60,631 nt of DNA from Candidatus Cacconaster equifaecalis (GCA_018064445.1 JAGHVE010000070.1:1-60631); one strand, 5' to 3'. Numbered from the stretch's first letter, positions 48,569 through 58,662 are shown. Notes: generated by a model from the sequence alone, not told the origin. Numbers and translations are program-made.

Positions 48569-49376
48569 TCTTCAGAAGCTGATTCAATTCTTCGCTGTTT
48601 CCATTCCCCACGACATACACGTCGTGAAGTGACCTGAAATCTTCAAACAGGTCGATTTCAATGTTCTGCACAAGGCCGTCGGCCACGGTGGTATTCCTGA
48701 CAGTTCCGACAGGTATCTCCGGAGGGTATATGACTGAATATCCGCTGGTGACAAGGCTGTCGCCGGCGGCTACTTCGACGTATGCGGGGATTCCCCTCAG
48801 GATACTTCCGGATGTCGAGATGCCGTCCCAGGACATCGGGCCGAACATTCCGCTCCCGGTCAGTTTCACGCTCACATTCTGGCTGGAGTTGAGAAAAGAG
48901 ATGACCGTGCAGTAATTTTTCGTGGTGTTCTCCACAATTCCGACGACTCCGATGGGGGTGACGACGCCCATACCCTTTTGGACCCCGTCCGCCTCACCTT
49001 TGTTGAGGACAAGATAATTGTGCTGGCTGTTGATCACATTCCTGACCACTCTGGCGCCTATGTAGAAATAGCCTCCGTTCTCAGGAGCGAACAATATGCT
49101 GTCCATCTTTTCCGCCCTGTATCTGTATTTTGAGATTATGTTCTTGAGCCTCACGTTCTCCTCCGACAATGCCTGATTGTCGGATTTATAGCTCAGGAAA
49201 CGTGTCAGGTCGGCCTCCTTTTCCCAAAAGAAGGACTGGACATCGTGAATGTAACCTACAGCCTTCAGTCTCTGGATAATGCCATTATTTACAATCAGCA
49301 GTGCCGAACATACCTCAAGGAGGATGAACAGCACTGCTGTAATGGTTGTCGTTATGAGACTTCGGTTGCCGTACAT
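48561..49376 (-). CDS. mreC: Rod shape-determining protein MreC
   Basis: 271 aa from the ATG at 49376 (the ORF-track start at 49379 is TTG). It has an N-terminal TM segment, a coiled-coil (LSEENVRLKN) and the MreC beta-domain pattern (DGVQKGMGVVTPIGVVGIV, SGYSVIYPPEIPVG). Confidence 0.9.
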   Translation of the reverse strand: MYGNRSLITTTITAVLFILLEVCSALLIVNNGIIQRLKAVGYIHDVQSFFWEKEADLTRFLSYKSDNQALSEENVRLKNIISKYRYRAEKMDSILFAPENGGYFYIGARVVRNVINSQHNYLVLNKGEADGVQKGMGVVTPIGVVGIVENTTKNYCTVISFLNSSQNVSVKLTGSGMFGPMSWDGISTSGSILRGIPAYVEVAAGDSLVTSGYSVIYPPEIPVGTVRNTTVADGLVQNIEIDLFEDFRSLHDVYVVGNGNSEELNQLLKNE

Positions 49377-49386
49377 CAATAATGAC

Positions 49387-50403
49387 TTATCTCATAAGGA
49401 AGGGATATGAAGGATTCTTGAGAGCCACGCCCGTGCCCCTTGCAACTGCACGCAAGGGATCTTCCGCCACGTGGAATTCGATGTTCACCTTACGGGTCAG
49501 ACGTTGGGCAAGTCCGCGAAGCATCGCTCCACCTCCAGTCAGGAAAATACCCTTCTTGACGATATCCCCATATAATTCCGGGGGAGTCTGCTCCAGAACG
49601 GAAAGTATGCTGTTCTCTATCTTGGATATTGATTTGTCAAGACAGTGGGCTATCTCCTGATATGAGATGTTGGCCTCGACCGGGTGGACAGTCATTACAT
49701 TGGGGGCAATGATGGCGTATGGATCGGGGGCGTCCTCAAGGTTTGACATTGCCGAGCCGACCTCAAGCTTTACGAGCTCTGCGGAAATTTCACCCACACG
49801 GATGTTGTACTGCTGACGCAGATATTGCTGTATTTCGGCAGTGAACGTGTCACCTGCAGTCTTTATGCTCTCATCGGCTACGATACCGCCAAGGGAAATC
49901 ACCGCAATTTCAGTCGTTCCGCCTCCGATGTCGACAATCATGTTTCCGGAAGGGGCGGTCACGTTCAAGCCGATTCCGAGAGCGGCGGCCATAGGCTCGT
50001 AAATCATCTGGAATTCACGGGCTCCGGAATGCTCCGCCGCATCACGAACCGCACGCTTTTCAACCTCCGTTGAGCCGGACGGAATGCAGACTACCATACG
50101 GTAACTGGGGGAGAAGATGCTTCTTTTCGGATTTGCCATTTTGATGAATTCGCGTATCATATTCTCGGCAGCGTCGAAGTCGGCGATCACGCCATCCTTG
50201 AGAGGACGTATCGTGCGGATGTTGGGACTTTCCTTTTCGTGCATTTCCTTCGCTTTCTTTCCTATCGCCACAACTTTGCCAGAAAGTCTGTCCGTTGCTA
50301 TTATGGAAGGCTCATCAAGGACCTTCTTGTCATCCATGAAAATGACAGTATTAGCCGTCCCCAGGTCAATGGCCACAGCCTGATTGAAAAAAGAAAAATT
50401 CAT
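49387..50403 (-). CDS. mreB: Actin-like rod shape-determining protein MreB
   Basis: 338 aa with AIDLGTANT, VVCIPSGSTEVEKRAV, DIGGGTTEIAVISLGG and LTGGGAMLRGL. Confidence 0.97.
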   Translation of the reverse strand: MNFSFFNQAVAIDLGTANTVIFMDDKKVLDEPSIIATDRLSGKVVAIGKKAKEMHEKESPNIRTIRPLKDGVIADFDAAENMIREFIKMANPKRSIFSPSYRMVVCIPSGSTEVEKRAVRDAAEHSGAREFQMIYEPMAAALGIGLNVTAPSGNMIVDIGGGTTEIAVISLGGIVADESIKTAGDTFTAEIQQYLRQQYNIRVGEISAELVKLEVGSAMSNLEDAPDPYAIIAPNVMTVHPVEANISYQEIAHCLDKSISKIENSILSVLEQTPPELYGDIVKKGIFLTGGGAMLRGLAQRLTRKVNIEFHVAEDPLRAVARGTGVALKNPSYPFLMR

Positions 50404-50442
50404 ATGTGTCGCTATTATTTTTGCTGTATATCCACCAAACTA

Positions 50443-50450
50443 CAAATTTA
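50443..50450 (-). promoter_or_regulatory. Candidate -7 box (TAAATTTG on the minus strand) for mreB
   Basis: Plus-strand caaattta, 39 nt upstream of the ATG at 50403. Confidence 0.45.
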
Positions 50451-50462
50451 ATATTTTCTTGC

Positions 50463-50470
50463 TAACTTTG
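50463..50470 (+). promoter_or_regulatory. Candidate -7 box (TAACTTTG) for ispD
   Basis: Exact TAnnTTTG match, 31 nt upstream of the ATG at 50502 and 12 nt from the divergent mreB box. Confidence 0.45.
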
Positions 50471-50501
50471 AGATATAATTGAATATATATTTCTCTACAA
50501 A

Positions 50502-51176
50502 ATGTCCTCAAAAAAATATGTTGTCATTCCTGCCGGAGGCAGGGGAGTGCGGATGGGGTCCGAATTGCCCAAACAGTTCCTTGAAATAAACGGCAAGCCT
50601 GTATTAAGGCACACAATCGAGAAGTTTCTCTCCGCTTTCGGAGATGACATATCCATCATTCTGGTCCTTCCTTCGGATATGAGGGCCTATTGGCGGAAAT
50701 ACTGCACGGACAATCATTTTTTAGAAAGATACATTCTGGTTCAGGGCGGCATCACAAGATTTCATTCCGTCCAGAATGCGCTCGGATATGTGGATGAAGG
50801 TTCCATTGTTGCCGTCCACGACGGAGTAAGGCCGATTGTCAGCGCCGGGATGATACAAAGGCTCTTTGCAGAGGCGGAGACTTGCCCTGCCGTGGTTCCG
50901 GCACTTCCGATGGTGGAGTCGTTGAGGGAGATTTTCGAAGACGGATCTTCGGTTTCCGTCGACAGGTCCCGTTTCGTGGCAGTGCAGACTCCTCAGGTTT
51001 TCCGGGCGGACGTGATCAGGAAGGCATACGGCCAGGCCTATTCCCAGTCATTCACGGATGATGCGACAGTGGTGCAAGCCTGCGGATATCCGGTGCGGCT
51101 TGTGCCCGGTGAAAGGACGAACATCAAGATTACAACACGTGAGGATCTGGAATCGGCGGCTCTACTTCTTGGCTGA
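50502..51176 (+). CDS. ispD: 2-C-methyl-D-erythritol 4-phosphate cytidylyltransferase
   Basis: 224 aa with IPAGGRGVRMGSELPKQFL and VHDGVRP motifs. Confidence 0.92.
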   Translation: MSSKKYVVIPAGGRGVRMGSELPKQFLEINGKPVLRHTIEKFLSAFGDDISIILVLPSDMRAYWRKYCTDNHFLERYILVQGGITRFHSVQNALGYVDEGSIVAVHDGVRPIVSAGMIQRLFAEAETCPAVVPALPMVESLREIFEDGSSVSVDRSRFVAVQTPQVFRADVIRKAYGQAYSQSFTDDATVVQACGYPVRLVPGERTNIKITTREDLESAALLLG

Positions 51177-51668
51177 CAGTGGGCCTTCGTATGAATAATC
51201 CTTGACCCATATCTGCCTTTCGATGGGCTGGTCAAGTGAGAGGAAGGTTTCCGTCCTCTCTATGCCCGGGAGGTTCTGGATGGTGTTGATTACCACGTGC
51301 ATAAGGTGTTCGTGGTTGAGGCAGTACAGTTTCAGGAGCAGGGAATGGCTCCCGGTGATGAAATGACATTCAACCACTTCGGGTATCTTCTTCAAGGCTT
51401 CTATCACCTGAGGATAGGTGTTCGCCTGTGAAAGGTCAACGGAAATGAAGGCGCATACTTTCAATCCGATTGCACTCGGTTTGACCATCAGACGGGAACC
51501 TGTGATTATTCCACAGTTTTCCATCTTTTTTACTCTCTGGTGTATGGCCGCCCCCGAAATTCCACATTCGCGGGCAATCTCAAGAAAGGACATTCTGGCA
51601 TTCTTTACCAGAAATGAAAGTATCTTCTTGTCGGTGTCATCAATCTGATAGGAGTTGTTTACTGACAT
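51162..51668 (-). CDS. Lrp/AsnC-family transcriptional regulator
   Basis: 168 aa with an N-terminal HTH (DDTDKKILSFLVKNARMSFLEIARECGISGAAIHQRVKKME) and a C-terminal RAM/AsnC_trans_reg-like domain. Confidence 0.9.
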   Translation of the reverse strand: MSVNNSYQIDDTDKKILSFLVKNARMSFLEIARECGISGAAIHQRVKKMENCGIITGSRLMVKPSAIGLKVCAFISVDLSQANTYPQVIEALKKIPEVVECHFITGSHSLLLKLYCLNHEHLMHVVINTIQNLPGIERTETFLSLDQPIERQIWVKDYSYEGPLSAKK

Positions 51669-51750
51669 ACGCTTATGATTTTTCAGTCGTTCTGACTGTC
51701 TTCAGGGCAAAAATAGCCAAAATATATCAAAAACGACTTACAAATCGTAA

Positions 51751-54030
51751 CTATTTTTTGGAACCGGCTATCAGTTTGAGACAATCTTTCTCCCCAAGTG
51801 TCTTTGCATCAACGCCTTTTGGGATTCTGAAATTATTCTTTCCCTGTTTTATGTAAGGGCCGTACCGACCGTTGAGAACCTGAATGTCGGAATCCGGATA
51901 TGAAGCGATGACTTTGTTCGCTTCCTTGTCGTTGTGCTGCCGGATAAGTCCGATTGCTTCCTCTTCGGTCAGCGTATAAGGACTGTGCTCCTTGCCCAGG
52001 GATATGAATTTGCCGCAATACTTTATATACGGGCCATATTTCCCTATGGCGGTTGAAATCTCGGCTCCTTCCAGGCTGCCGACTCTGCGCGGCAGAACGA
52101 ACAGCTGCAATGCCTCTTCCAGGGTTATCGTCTCTATCAGTTGTCCCTTGGTCATACTGGCATATTGTTTCTGTGGGTCGTCCTTGCCTCCTTTCTGAAC
52201 CATAGGACCGTATGGACCCACTCTTGCAATTATCACCTTGCCTGACTGGGGGTCATTGCCTATCACCCTTTCGGAGTTGGAATATCCGGTGACTTCAAGA
52301 GCCGATGATACAGTCTTTTCAAATGGGGTGTAGAAATCTGCGATAAGTTTGTTCCAGACCAGCTTGCCTGCCGCCACCTTGTCGAAGCCGTCCTCCACTT
52401 TTGCGGTGAATCCGTAATCAACTATCTCTTCGAAGTGTTCGGTAAGATAGTCGCTTACGATCATTCCAATGTTTTCAGGGAACAGTTTCTTCTTTTCAGC
52501 TCCCGTCTTCTCGGTGCTTTCGCTTCTTGTGATTGCATCTTTCTTCAGCGAAATCCTGACAATGGGCCGCTCCGAACCTGCACAGTCTCCCTTGGTGATG
52601 TAACCCCTGGAACTGATGGTGTCTATCGTGGGCGCATACGTAGAGGGCCTGCCTATCTCCAACTCTTCCAGTTTCTTCACGAGGGTGGCCTCGCTGTATC
52701 TCGGCGGGCGTTGGGTGTATTTTTCGGCAGCGGTTATTTCGTGTCTTGCAAGACTCTGACCTTCAGAAAGGGCGGGGAAGGCATTGAGTTCCTCCTTCTC
52801 CTGGTCGTCCACACTTTCAATGTACACCTTGAGGAATCCGTCAAAGAGAATCTGCTCGCCCTCAGCCTCAAATCGTTCGTCAATTCCGGTTCCGGCGATG
52901 GCGACCGTCGTACGTTCCACCTTTGCATCGGCCATCTGGCTGGCGATGGTCCTCTTCCATATCAGGTTGTAGAGACGCTTCTCATTGGCGTTCCCCTCAA
53001 TCTCGAGATTGCTCAGATATGTGGGCCTGATTGCTTCGTGGGCTTCCTGGGCTCCTTTGACACGTGTCTTGTAATTCCTGACCTTCGAATACTTCTCTCC
53101 GTACAGTTTCTTTATCGTCTCCTTTGCGGTATTGATTGCCAGAGAGGAGAGGTTGGTGGAGTCAGTACGCATATATGTGATGAGACCTCTTTCGTAAAGT
53201 TGTTGGGCGACGCTCATCGTCTGCTTTACGGAAAAGCCGAGTTTGCGTGCCGCTTCCTGCTGGAGCACTGAAGTCGTGAAAGGGGCGGCGGGAGTTCGGG
53301 TGCCTTCCTTTGTTTCCATTCTGCAAATGGAGAACGAACTGTTCCTGCACTTCTCGAGGAATGCCTGAGCATCGTTTTCCGAATCGAATTTCGAATTCAG
53401 GACCGCCTTTATTCTGGAGGTGCTTCCATTTGGAGTGAAAACACCTTCCACGCGGAAGAACTTCCGGGCGACGAAAGAATTGATTTCCCTCTCCCTGTCG
53501 ACGATCAGGCGCAGGGCTACGGATTGGACACGGCCTGCCGACAGACCCCTCTGAACCTTTTTCCAGAGGACAGGCGAAAGTTCATATCCCACAAGGCGGT
53601 CAATCACCCTTCTGGCCTGCTGTGCCATCACCAGGTCCATATCGATTTCCCTCGGATGGGCGATGGCCTCCTTGAGTGCCGATTCGGTGATTTCGTGAAA
53701 TGCGATGCGTCTCGATTTTTCCGGGGTCAGCCCCAGCACTTCAAACAGATGCCAGGAAATTGCCTCTCCCTCGCGGTCCTCATCGGATGCAAGCCATACG
53801 GTGGATGCGCTTTCGGCCGCGGCCTTCAATTCGGCGACAAGTTTCTTTTTCCCGGGGACTACCTCATATTGGGGTGCGAACCCTTTCTTTTTGTCTATGC
53901 TGAGTTTTTTCTGGTTCAGGTCACGGATGTGACCATAACTGGATTTTACTGTGAAATGTTCCTTCCCCAAGAATTTTTCAATGGTCTTGGCCTTGGCCGG
54001 TGACTCGACAATCACTAAATTCTCTGTCAT
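51751..54030 (-). CDS. topA: DNA topoisomerase I
   Basis: 759 aa from the ATG at 54030 (the ORF-track start at 54075 is TTG). It has a TOPRIM N-terminus (LVIVESPAKAKTIEKFLG), the active-site Tyr region GLITYMRTDS, and C-terminal repeats (GPYGPMVQ, GKYGPYIKY, GRYGPYIKQ). Confidence 0.95.
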   Translation of the reverse strand: MTENLVIVESPAKAKTIEKFLGKEHFTVKSSYGHIRDLNQKKLSIDKKKGFAPQYEVVPGKKKLVAELKAAAESASTVWLASDEDREGEAISWHLFEVLGLTPEKSRRIAFHEITESALKEAIAHPREIDMDLVMAQQARRVIDRLVGYELSPVLWKKVQRGLSAGRVQSVALRLIVDREREINSFVARKFFRVEGVFTPNGSTSRIKAVLNSKFDSENDAQAFLEKCRNSSFSICRMETKEGTRTPAAPFTTSVLQQEAARKLGFSVKQTMSVAQQLYERGLITYMRTDSTNLSSLAINTAKETIKKLYGEKYSKVRNYKTRVKGAQEAHEAIRPTYLSNLEIEGNANEKRLYNLIWKRTIASQMADAKVERTTVAIAGTGIDERFEAEGEQILFDGFLKVYIESVDDQEKEELNAFPALSEGQSLARHEITAAEKYTQRPPRYSEATLVKKLEELEIGRPSTYAPTIDTISSRGYITKGDCAGSERPIVRISLKKDAITRSESTEKTGAEKKKLFPENIGMIVSDYLTEHFEEIVDYGFTAKVEDGFDKVAAGKLVWNKLIADFYTPFEKTVSSALEVTGYSNSERVIGNDPQSGKVIIARVGPYGPMVQKGGKDDPQKQYASMTKGQLIETITLEEALQLFVLPRRVGSLEGAEISTAIGKYGPYIKYCGKFISLGKEHSPYTLTEEEAIGLIRQHNDKEANKVIASYPDSDIQVLNGRYGPYIKQGKNNFRIPKGVDAKTLGEKDCLKLIAGSKK

Positions 54031-54094
54031 ATCTTCAAATCTTTCTCGGTGCAAAGTAACGGATAAAGGGGGCAATTATCCAAATTTTATTTCT

Positions 54095-54102
54095 TAAATT
54101 TG
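54095..54102 (+). promoter_or_regulatory. Candidate -7 box (TAAATTTG) for the class A PBP gene
   Basis: Exact TAnnTTTG match, 31 nt upstream of the ATG at 54134. Confidence 0.45.
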
Positions 54103-54133
54103 TACTTTCAACTGAAAACGTCATATTGCAGAA

Positions 54134-56482
54134 ATGGTACAAAACAGACATGGCAAAGCCGTGAAATTGTTCTGGTTCATAGTGATGCTGCCATTGGCCG
54201 CCCTTGCCGCCGGCATTCTTCTGGCAACTCTTTTCGCCCATATACCTTCTTTCGACCAGCTTGAGAATCCTGACAGCAACCAGGCGACGCTTCTCATCAG
54301 TGAGGATGGGAAGGTAATCAACACTTACCACATCGAGAACCGTTCCTACGTTACTTTCGAGGATATTCCGCCACACCTTGTCAATGCCGCCGTGGCGACG
54401 GAAGATGCCAGGTTCTACAAGCATAGCGGGATAGATTTCCGCGGTCTGCTCCGTGTCGGATTCAAGACGCTTCTTATGGGGGATGCTTCACAGGGTGGAG
54501 GAAGCACGATAACCCAGCAGCTGGCCAAGACCCTCTATCCGAGGGAATCAATGGAAAGCGACATTCCCGGGGTAAAGTATGTCAAATTGTTGATGATCAA
54601 GATGAAGGAATGGATTACCGCGGTCCGTCTGGAACGTAATTACACCAAGGACGAGATTATCGCAATGTATCTCAATCAGGTATTTTTCGGTAGCAATGCA
54701 TATGGGATACGTGCGGCGGCAAGAACCTTTTTTGCCAAGGATACAAGGGAACTGAGCGTGGAGGAGGGGGCTTGTCTGGTGGGGATGGTCAACAAACCGA
54801 CCAGATACAATCCCGTCATCAACTATGACCTGTCTCTGGAGCGGAGGAATCACGTCCTGCGTCAGATGGAGAAGTACGGCTACCTGAAGCGGCAGGAACT
54901 TGACTCTCTTGAGCAGCTTCCCATAGTTGTGACCTTTCAGCAGCAGGACCACAACGCCGGTCTTGCGCCATATTTCAGAGATATGCTCCGCAGGGTTATG
55001 AACGCAAAGGAACCCAAGCGTTCCTCCTATGCCCAGGTGGAAGATTACATTGTGGATTCCATTGCCTGGAAAGATGACCCTTTCTATGGATGGCTCAACA
55101 AGAATCCCAAGCCCGACGGGACAAGATACGATATCGACAGGGATGGCCTGAAGATATATACGACCATCGACTCCAGGATGCAGAAATATGCTGAGGAAGC
55201 AGTTGTGGAGCATCTTGGCTCGGATCTCCAGAAATCCTTCAATTCTGACCTTCGGCACAAGCGCAAGAAGCCTTTTTCGGATGACGTTCCCGATGATGTG
55301 ATAGAGCTGCTTATGAAACAGGCAATCAGGTGGTCTGACAGATATATGACGATGAAGAGAGAGGGCGTTTCCGAGAGCAGGATTCTTGCCTCTTTCGAAC
55401 AGCCCGCAAAAATGCGCGTCTTCGCCTGGAACAAGCGGCATTATATCGATACGGTTATGACTCCTATGGATTCAATCCGTTATTACAAGTCTTTCCTGCG
55501 CAGTGCGTTCATTGCGGTAGAACCGCACACCGGGCACGTGAAGGCTTATGTAGGAGGCCCGGATTACAGATATTTCAAATATGACAATGCACGTCTGGGC
55601 AAACGTCAGGTGGGTTCCACAATCAAGCCGTATCTGTACACGCTCGCAATGCAGGAGGGGTTCACTCCCTGTGACAAGGTGAAGAACATCCCTTATTCAT
55701 TCCCCGTCGGCGACACGGTATGGACTCCCAAGAGTACGGACAAGGATGAATACATAGGAAAGACAGTGACTCTGAAATGGGGTTTGACGCACAGTTCCAA
55801 CAACATATCAGCATATCTCATGAAACAGTTCGGGCCGAAGGCCATGGTGGATATGTGCAGGAAGATGGGCATCGGAAGCTATCTGGATCCGGTCTATCCG
55901 TTGTGCGTCGGCTCCTGTGACCTGAACGTCTATGAGATGGTTTCCGCATACAACACCTTCCCGAGTCGCGGAGTTTACTGCTATCCCCAGCTGGTCACGA
56001 AAATCGAGGACAGCGCAGGTAATGTGCTGGCCAATTTCACCACGCGGAAGAGGGAAGCCATAAGCGACCCTACCGCATATCTTATGGTGAATCTGATGCA
56101 GGGGGTTGTGAACGAAGGTACTGCGGGCCGTCTGAGATGGAAATACGGACTGGAGGGGGAACTTGCCGGCAAGACAGGCACCACCAACGAACAGTCCGAC
56201 GGCTGGTTCATCGGTTACACCCCGAAACTGACTGCTGGTGTATGGGTGGGTGCCGAGGACAGACAGGTCCATTTCGAGAGTCTCGCCTTGGGCGGAGGTT
56301 CCAATATGGCCCTGCCTATATGGGGCCTGTTTATGCAGAAAGTTTACAGGGATCCTTCAATTCCCATCGGAAAGGACGACCACTTTGTTCCGCCGTTGGG
56401 ATGGAATATGAGTTTCAGCTGTACCGGCTCCCTCGATGATATGACATCGGGCAACGAAGGCAGAGACAATTTCTTCGAATAG
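54134..56482 (+). CDS. mrcA: Class A penicillin-binding protein (bifunctional glycosyltransferase/transpeptidase, PBP1A-type)
   Basis: 782 aa with GT51 motifs (EDARFYKHSGID, GGSTITQQLAK, RKxxE-like KMKEW) and transpeptidase motifs SxxK (STIKP), SxN (SSN) and KTG (GKTGTTN). Confidence 0.92.
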   Translation: MVQNRHGKAVKLFWFIVMLPLAALAAGILLATLFAHIPSFDQLENPDSNQATLLISEDGKVINTYHIENRSYVTFEDIPPHLVNAAVATEDARFYKHSGIDFRGLLRVGFKTLLMGDASQGGGSTITQQLAKTLYPRESMESDIPGVKYVKLLMIKMKEWITAVRLERNYTKDEIIAMYLNQVFFGSNAYGIRAAARTFFAKDTRELSVEEGACLVGMVNKPTRYNPVINYDLSLERRNHVLRQMEKYGYLKRQELDSLEQLPIVVTFQQQDHNAGLAPYFRDMLRRVMNAKEPKRSSYAQVEDYIVDSIAWKDDPFYGWLNKNPKPDGTRYDIDRDGLKIYTTIDSRMQKYAEEAVVEHLGSDLQKSFNSDLRHKRKKPFSDDVPDDVIELLMKQAIRWSDRYMTMKREGVSESRILASFEQPAKMRVFAWNKRHYIDTVMTPMDSIRYYKSFLRSAFIAVEPHTGHVKAYVGGPDYRYFKYDNARLGKRQVGSTIKPYLYTLAMQEGFTPCDKVKNIPYSFPVGDTVWTPKSTDKDEYIGKTVTLKWGLTHSSNNISAYLMKQFGPKAMVDMCRKMGIGSYLDPVYPLCVGSCDLNVYEMVSAYNTFPSRGVYCYPQLVTKIEDSAGNVLANFTTRKREAISDPTAYLMVNLMQGVVNEGTAGRLRWKYGLEGELAGKTGTTNEQSDGWFIGYTPKLTAGVWVGAEDRQVHFESLALGGGSNMALPIWGLFMQKVYRDPSIPIGKDDHFVPPLGWNMSFSCTGSLDDMTSGNEGRDNFFE

Positions 56483-56492
56483 CTGTTTTGGA

Positions 56493-57335
56493 ATGACCGT
56501 CGCCGATTTGGTTTCGCAGGCGGGGGAAAGATTGACCCCAATGTATTCTCCGCGTGAGGCGAAGCTGCTTGCACTGCGTCTCGCGGAACATTATGAGGAT
56601 ATGAGTCCGGCCGTATTCTACTCCTGCGGTGAAACGGAACTGCGTTCTTCAGACCGTTTGGTTGAGGCTCTCGGCGAATTGTCGGAAGGCCGTCCGATTC
56701 AATATGTCCTCGGCTATGCGGAATTCTGCGGACACCGGTTCAAGGTCCGCGAGGGGTGCCTGATTCCCCGCCCGGAAACTGAAGAACTGGTCGGTCGGAT
56801 TGTCAGTGACTGTCAGGGGTTTGTCCCCGGGGACGGGCAGTTCAATGTCCTGGATATGTGTACCGGTTCGGGATGCATCGCCTATTCTCTGGCGGCGGCT
56901 CTCCCGGAGGCTATGGTGTATGGCTGTGACATATCCGAGGATGCACTTTCAATAGCCTGCCGTCAGAGAATAAAACTTTCAGGAGCACGTCCGGTCCTGT
57001 TCAGGGCTGATGTTACCTGCCCTCCGCCGGCAGGATTGCCGGAATTCGACATAATCGTTTCCAATCCTCCTTATATAAAGGAGAGCCAACGGGCGGAAAT
57101 GCACAGAAACGTTCTCGGATATGAGCCGGCTGAAGCCCTGTTTGTACCGGATGATGACCCTCTTGTATTCTACCGTGCAGTCAAGTCCTGGGCCGACCTG
57201 CTGCTCAAGAGGGGAGGAACTGTTTATCTGGAAGTGAATGAGTCTCTTGCGGATGAGACTGCTGGGATTTTTCCGGGAAGTTGTGTTGAGAAGGATTTCA
57301 ATTCGAAACCCCGTTTTGTCATAAGTCGAAGTTGA
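56493..57335 (+). CDS. prmC: Release factor glutamine N5-methyltransferase
   Basis: 280 aa with PIQYVLGYAEFCGHRF, the SAM-binding motif DMCTGSGCIA and the catalytic NPPY (IIVSNPPYI). Confidence 0.9.
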   Translation: MTVADLVSQAGERLTPMYSPREAKLLALRLAEHYEDMSPAVFYSCGETELRSSDRLVEALGELSEGRPIQYVLGYAEFCGHRFKVREGCLIPRPETEELVGRIVSDCQGFVPGDGQFNVLDMCTGSGCIAYSLAAALPEAMVYGCDISEDALSIACRQRIKLSGARPVLFRADVTCPPPAGLPEFDIIVSNPPYIKESQRAEMHRNVLGYEPAEALFVPDDDPLVFYRAVKSWADLLLKRGGTVYLEVNESLADETAGIFPGSCVEKDFNSKPRFVISRS

Positions 57336-57960
57336 GGCCGATGCCTATCACGTGCTCGGCCGGGGCCTCCTTGAAGGCATAGTACATATAGTACCATTCG
57401 AGTTGCATCCACGGAGTGAGCTTGTAGTCGCAGGCCGCATAGTGACGTGTCTGCATCCATTTGACTCCCCAGGTGAACACCTCCATCGCAAGATACGGAC
57501 TGAACCTGCTGTCCGGAATATAGTACTGCACCTTGAGTCTCGACCGCAATTCGTCTTTCTGGCTGTCGGGCCTCCAGGTGTGCATATATCTTTCCCTTAT
57601 GCTGACCTTGAAATTGCCGTTTTTCATGGCACCGGACAATTCGGCTATAGCCCTGTGTGTCAGATGTCCCGGCTCAACCATAAAGTCGTAGCAAAGTCCG
57701 GCGGAGAGCCAGGGGAGAATCCTGTAACCTATCGTAAAACGGTTGTAGGCACAGTCGAATTTGCGGTATTCGATATTGTCGTGCTCGATATAGTCGGTGA
57801 TGAACCACTTGGAATTCTTGAAGTCGTGGTGGATTTCAAGAAATTCCCAGCCTCCGAGGTAACTGGCCGGAGTTGCATCCCCGTCTCCGGTTTCCGCGGA
57901 GAATGCCAGAGTGGAGAGCAGCAGGGCGCAGGGGAGAAGGAGGGCTTTGAGTCTGTTCAT
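57319..57960 (-). CDS. Putative outer-membrane beta-barrel protein (DUF2490-like)
   Basis: I trimmed the 360-aa ORF to the ATG at 57960 (MNRLKALLLPCALLLSTLAFSAE, a signal peptide). The 213-aa product is rich in alternating aromatic residues (W/Y/F). The family call is from recall only. The longer form overlaps the rluA-family gene and is Arg/Pro-rich junk. Confidence 0.55.
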   Translation of the reverse strand: MNRLKALLLPCALLLSTLAFSAETGDGDATPASYLGGWEFLEIHHDFKNSKWFITDYIEHDNIEYRKFDCAYNRFTIGYRILPWLSAGLCYDFMVEPGHLTHRAIAELSGAMKNGNFKVSIRERYMHTWRPDSQKDELRSRLKVQYYIPDSRFSPYLAMEVFTWGVKWMQTRHYAACDYKLTPWMQLEWYYMYYAFKEAPAEHVIGIGLNFDL

Positions 57961-57962
57961 AA

Positions 57963-58661
57963 TTATCTGAGCTGTACCCAGTCTACAGGAGCGGTGACGC
58001 TGATTTCCTCGTGACGGACGGGATGGTTGAATGTTATCTGTCTTGCGTGCAGGCTGATACCTCCGTCCGGGTTGGACCGGGGCGCTCCATATTTCAAGTC
58101 TCCCTTGATGGGGCAGCCGATGGCTGCAAGCTGGCATCTTATCTGGTGGTGTCTTCCGGTGAGCAGTTCCACCTCGACAAGGTGGTATCTGTCCGTGTCC
58201 TTGAGGACTTTGTATCTGAGTCTGGCCTCCTTGGCATCGGGCACTTTGTGGTCGAATGCGTAGCTTTTGTTCTGCTTCTCGTTCCTGCGGAGGAAGTGTG
58301 TGAGTTCGCCCTGTTCGGGGTCCGGTCTGCCGCAGGTCAGGGCCCAATATGTCTTGTGGACCTCTCCGCAGCGGAACATTTCGTTGAGACGTTCCAGACA
58401 TTTGGAAGTCTTGGCAAAGACGGCGAGTCCGCTGACGGGGCGGTCAAGCCGGTGCGGCACACCCATAAAGACGTGTCCCGGCTTCGAGTCCCTCTGCGCG
58501 ATGAACGCCTTGAGCGTCTCGGATAACGGTTCGTCTCCGGTCTTGTCCCCCTGAACAATTTCACCTGCTGACTTGTTGAAAATCAGCAGGTGATTGTCTT
58601 CATAGAGAATCCTGCCGGAGACGTTTCCGTATTCTTCCTTGGATAATTCCCTGTAAATCAC
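57963..58661 (-). CDS. RluA-family pseudouridine synthase (no S4 domain)
   Basis: 232 aa with a GTG start 1 nt after the fbaA stop. It has ILYEDNHLLIFNKSAG and the catalytic motif HRLDRPVSGL. Confidence 0.85.
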   Translation of the reverse strand: MIYRELSKEEYGNVSGRILYEDNHLLIFNKSAGEIVQGDKTGDEPLSETLKAFIAQRDSKPGHVFMGVPHRLDRPVSGLAVFAKTSKCLERLNEMFRCGEVHKTYWALTCGRPDPEQGELTHFLRRNEKQNKSYAFDHKVPDAKEARLRYKVLKDTDRYHLVEVELLTGRHHQIRCQLAAIGCPIKGDLKYGAPRSNPDGGISLHARQITFNHPVRHEEISVTAPVDWVQLR

Positions 58662-58662
58662 G

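Noticed and set aside
57961-58401. N-terminal 147-codon extension of ORF 57319..58401
   Set aside because: The extension is Arg/Pro/Gln-rich and overlaps the RluA-family gene in another frame. A clean signal peptide begins at the internal ATG at 57960, so the shorter gene was called.
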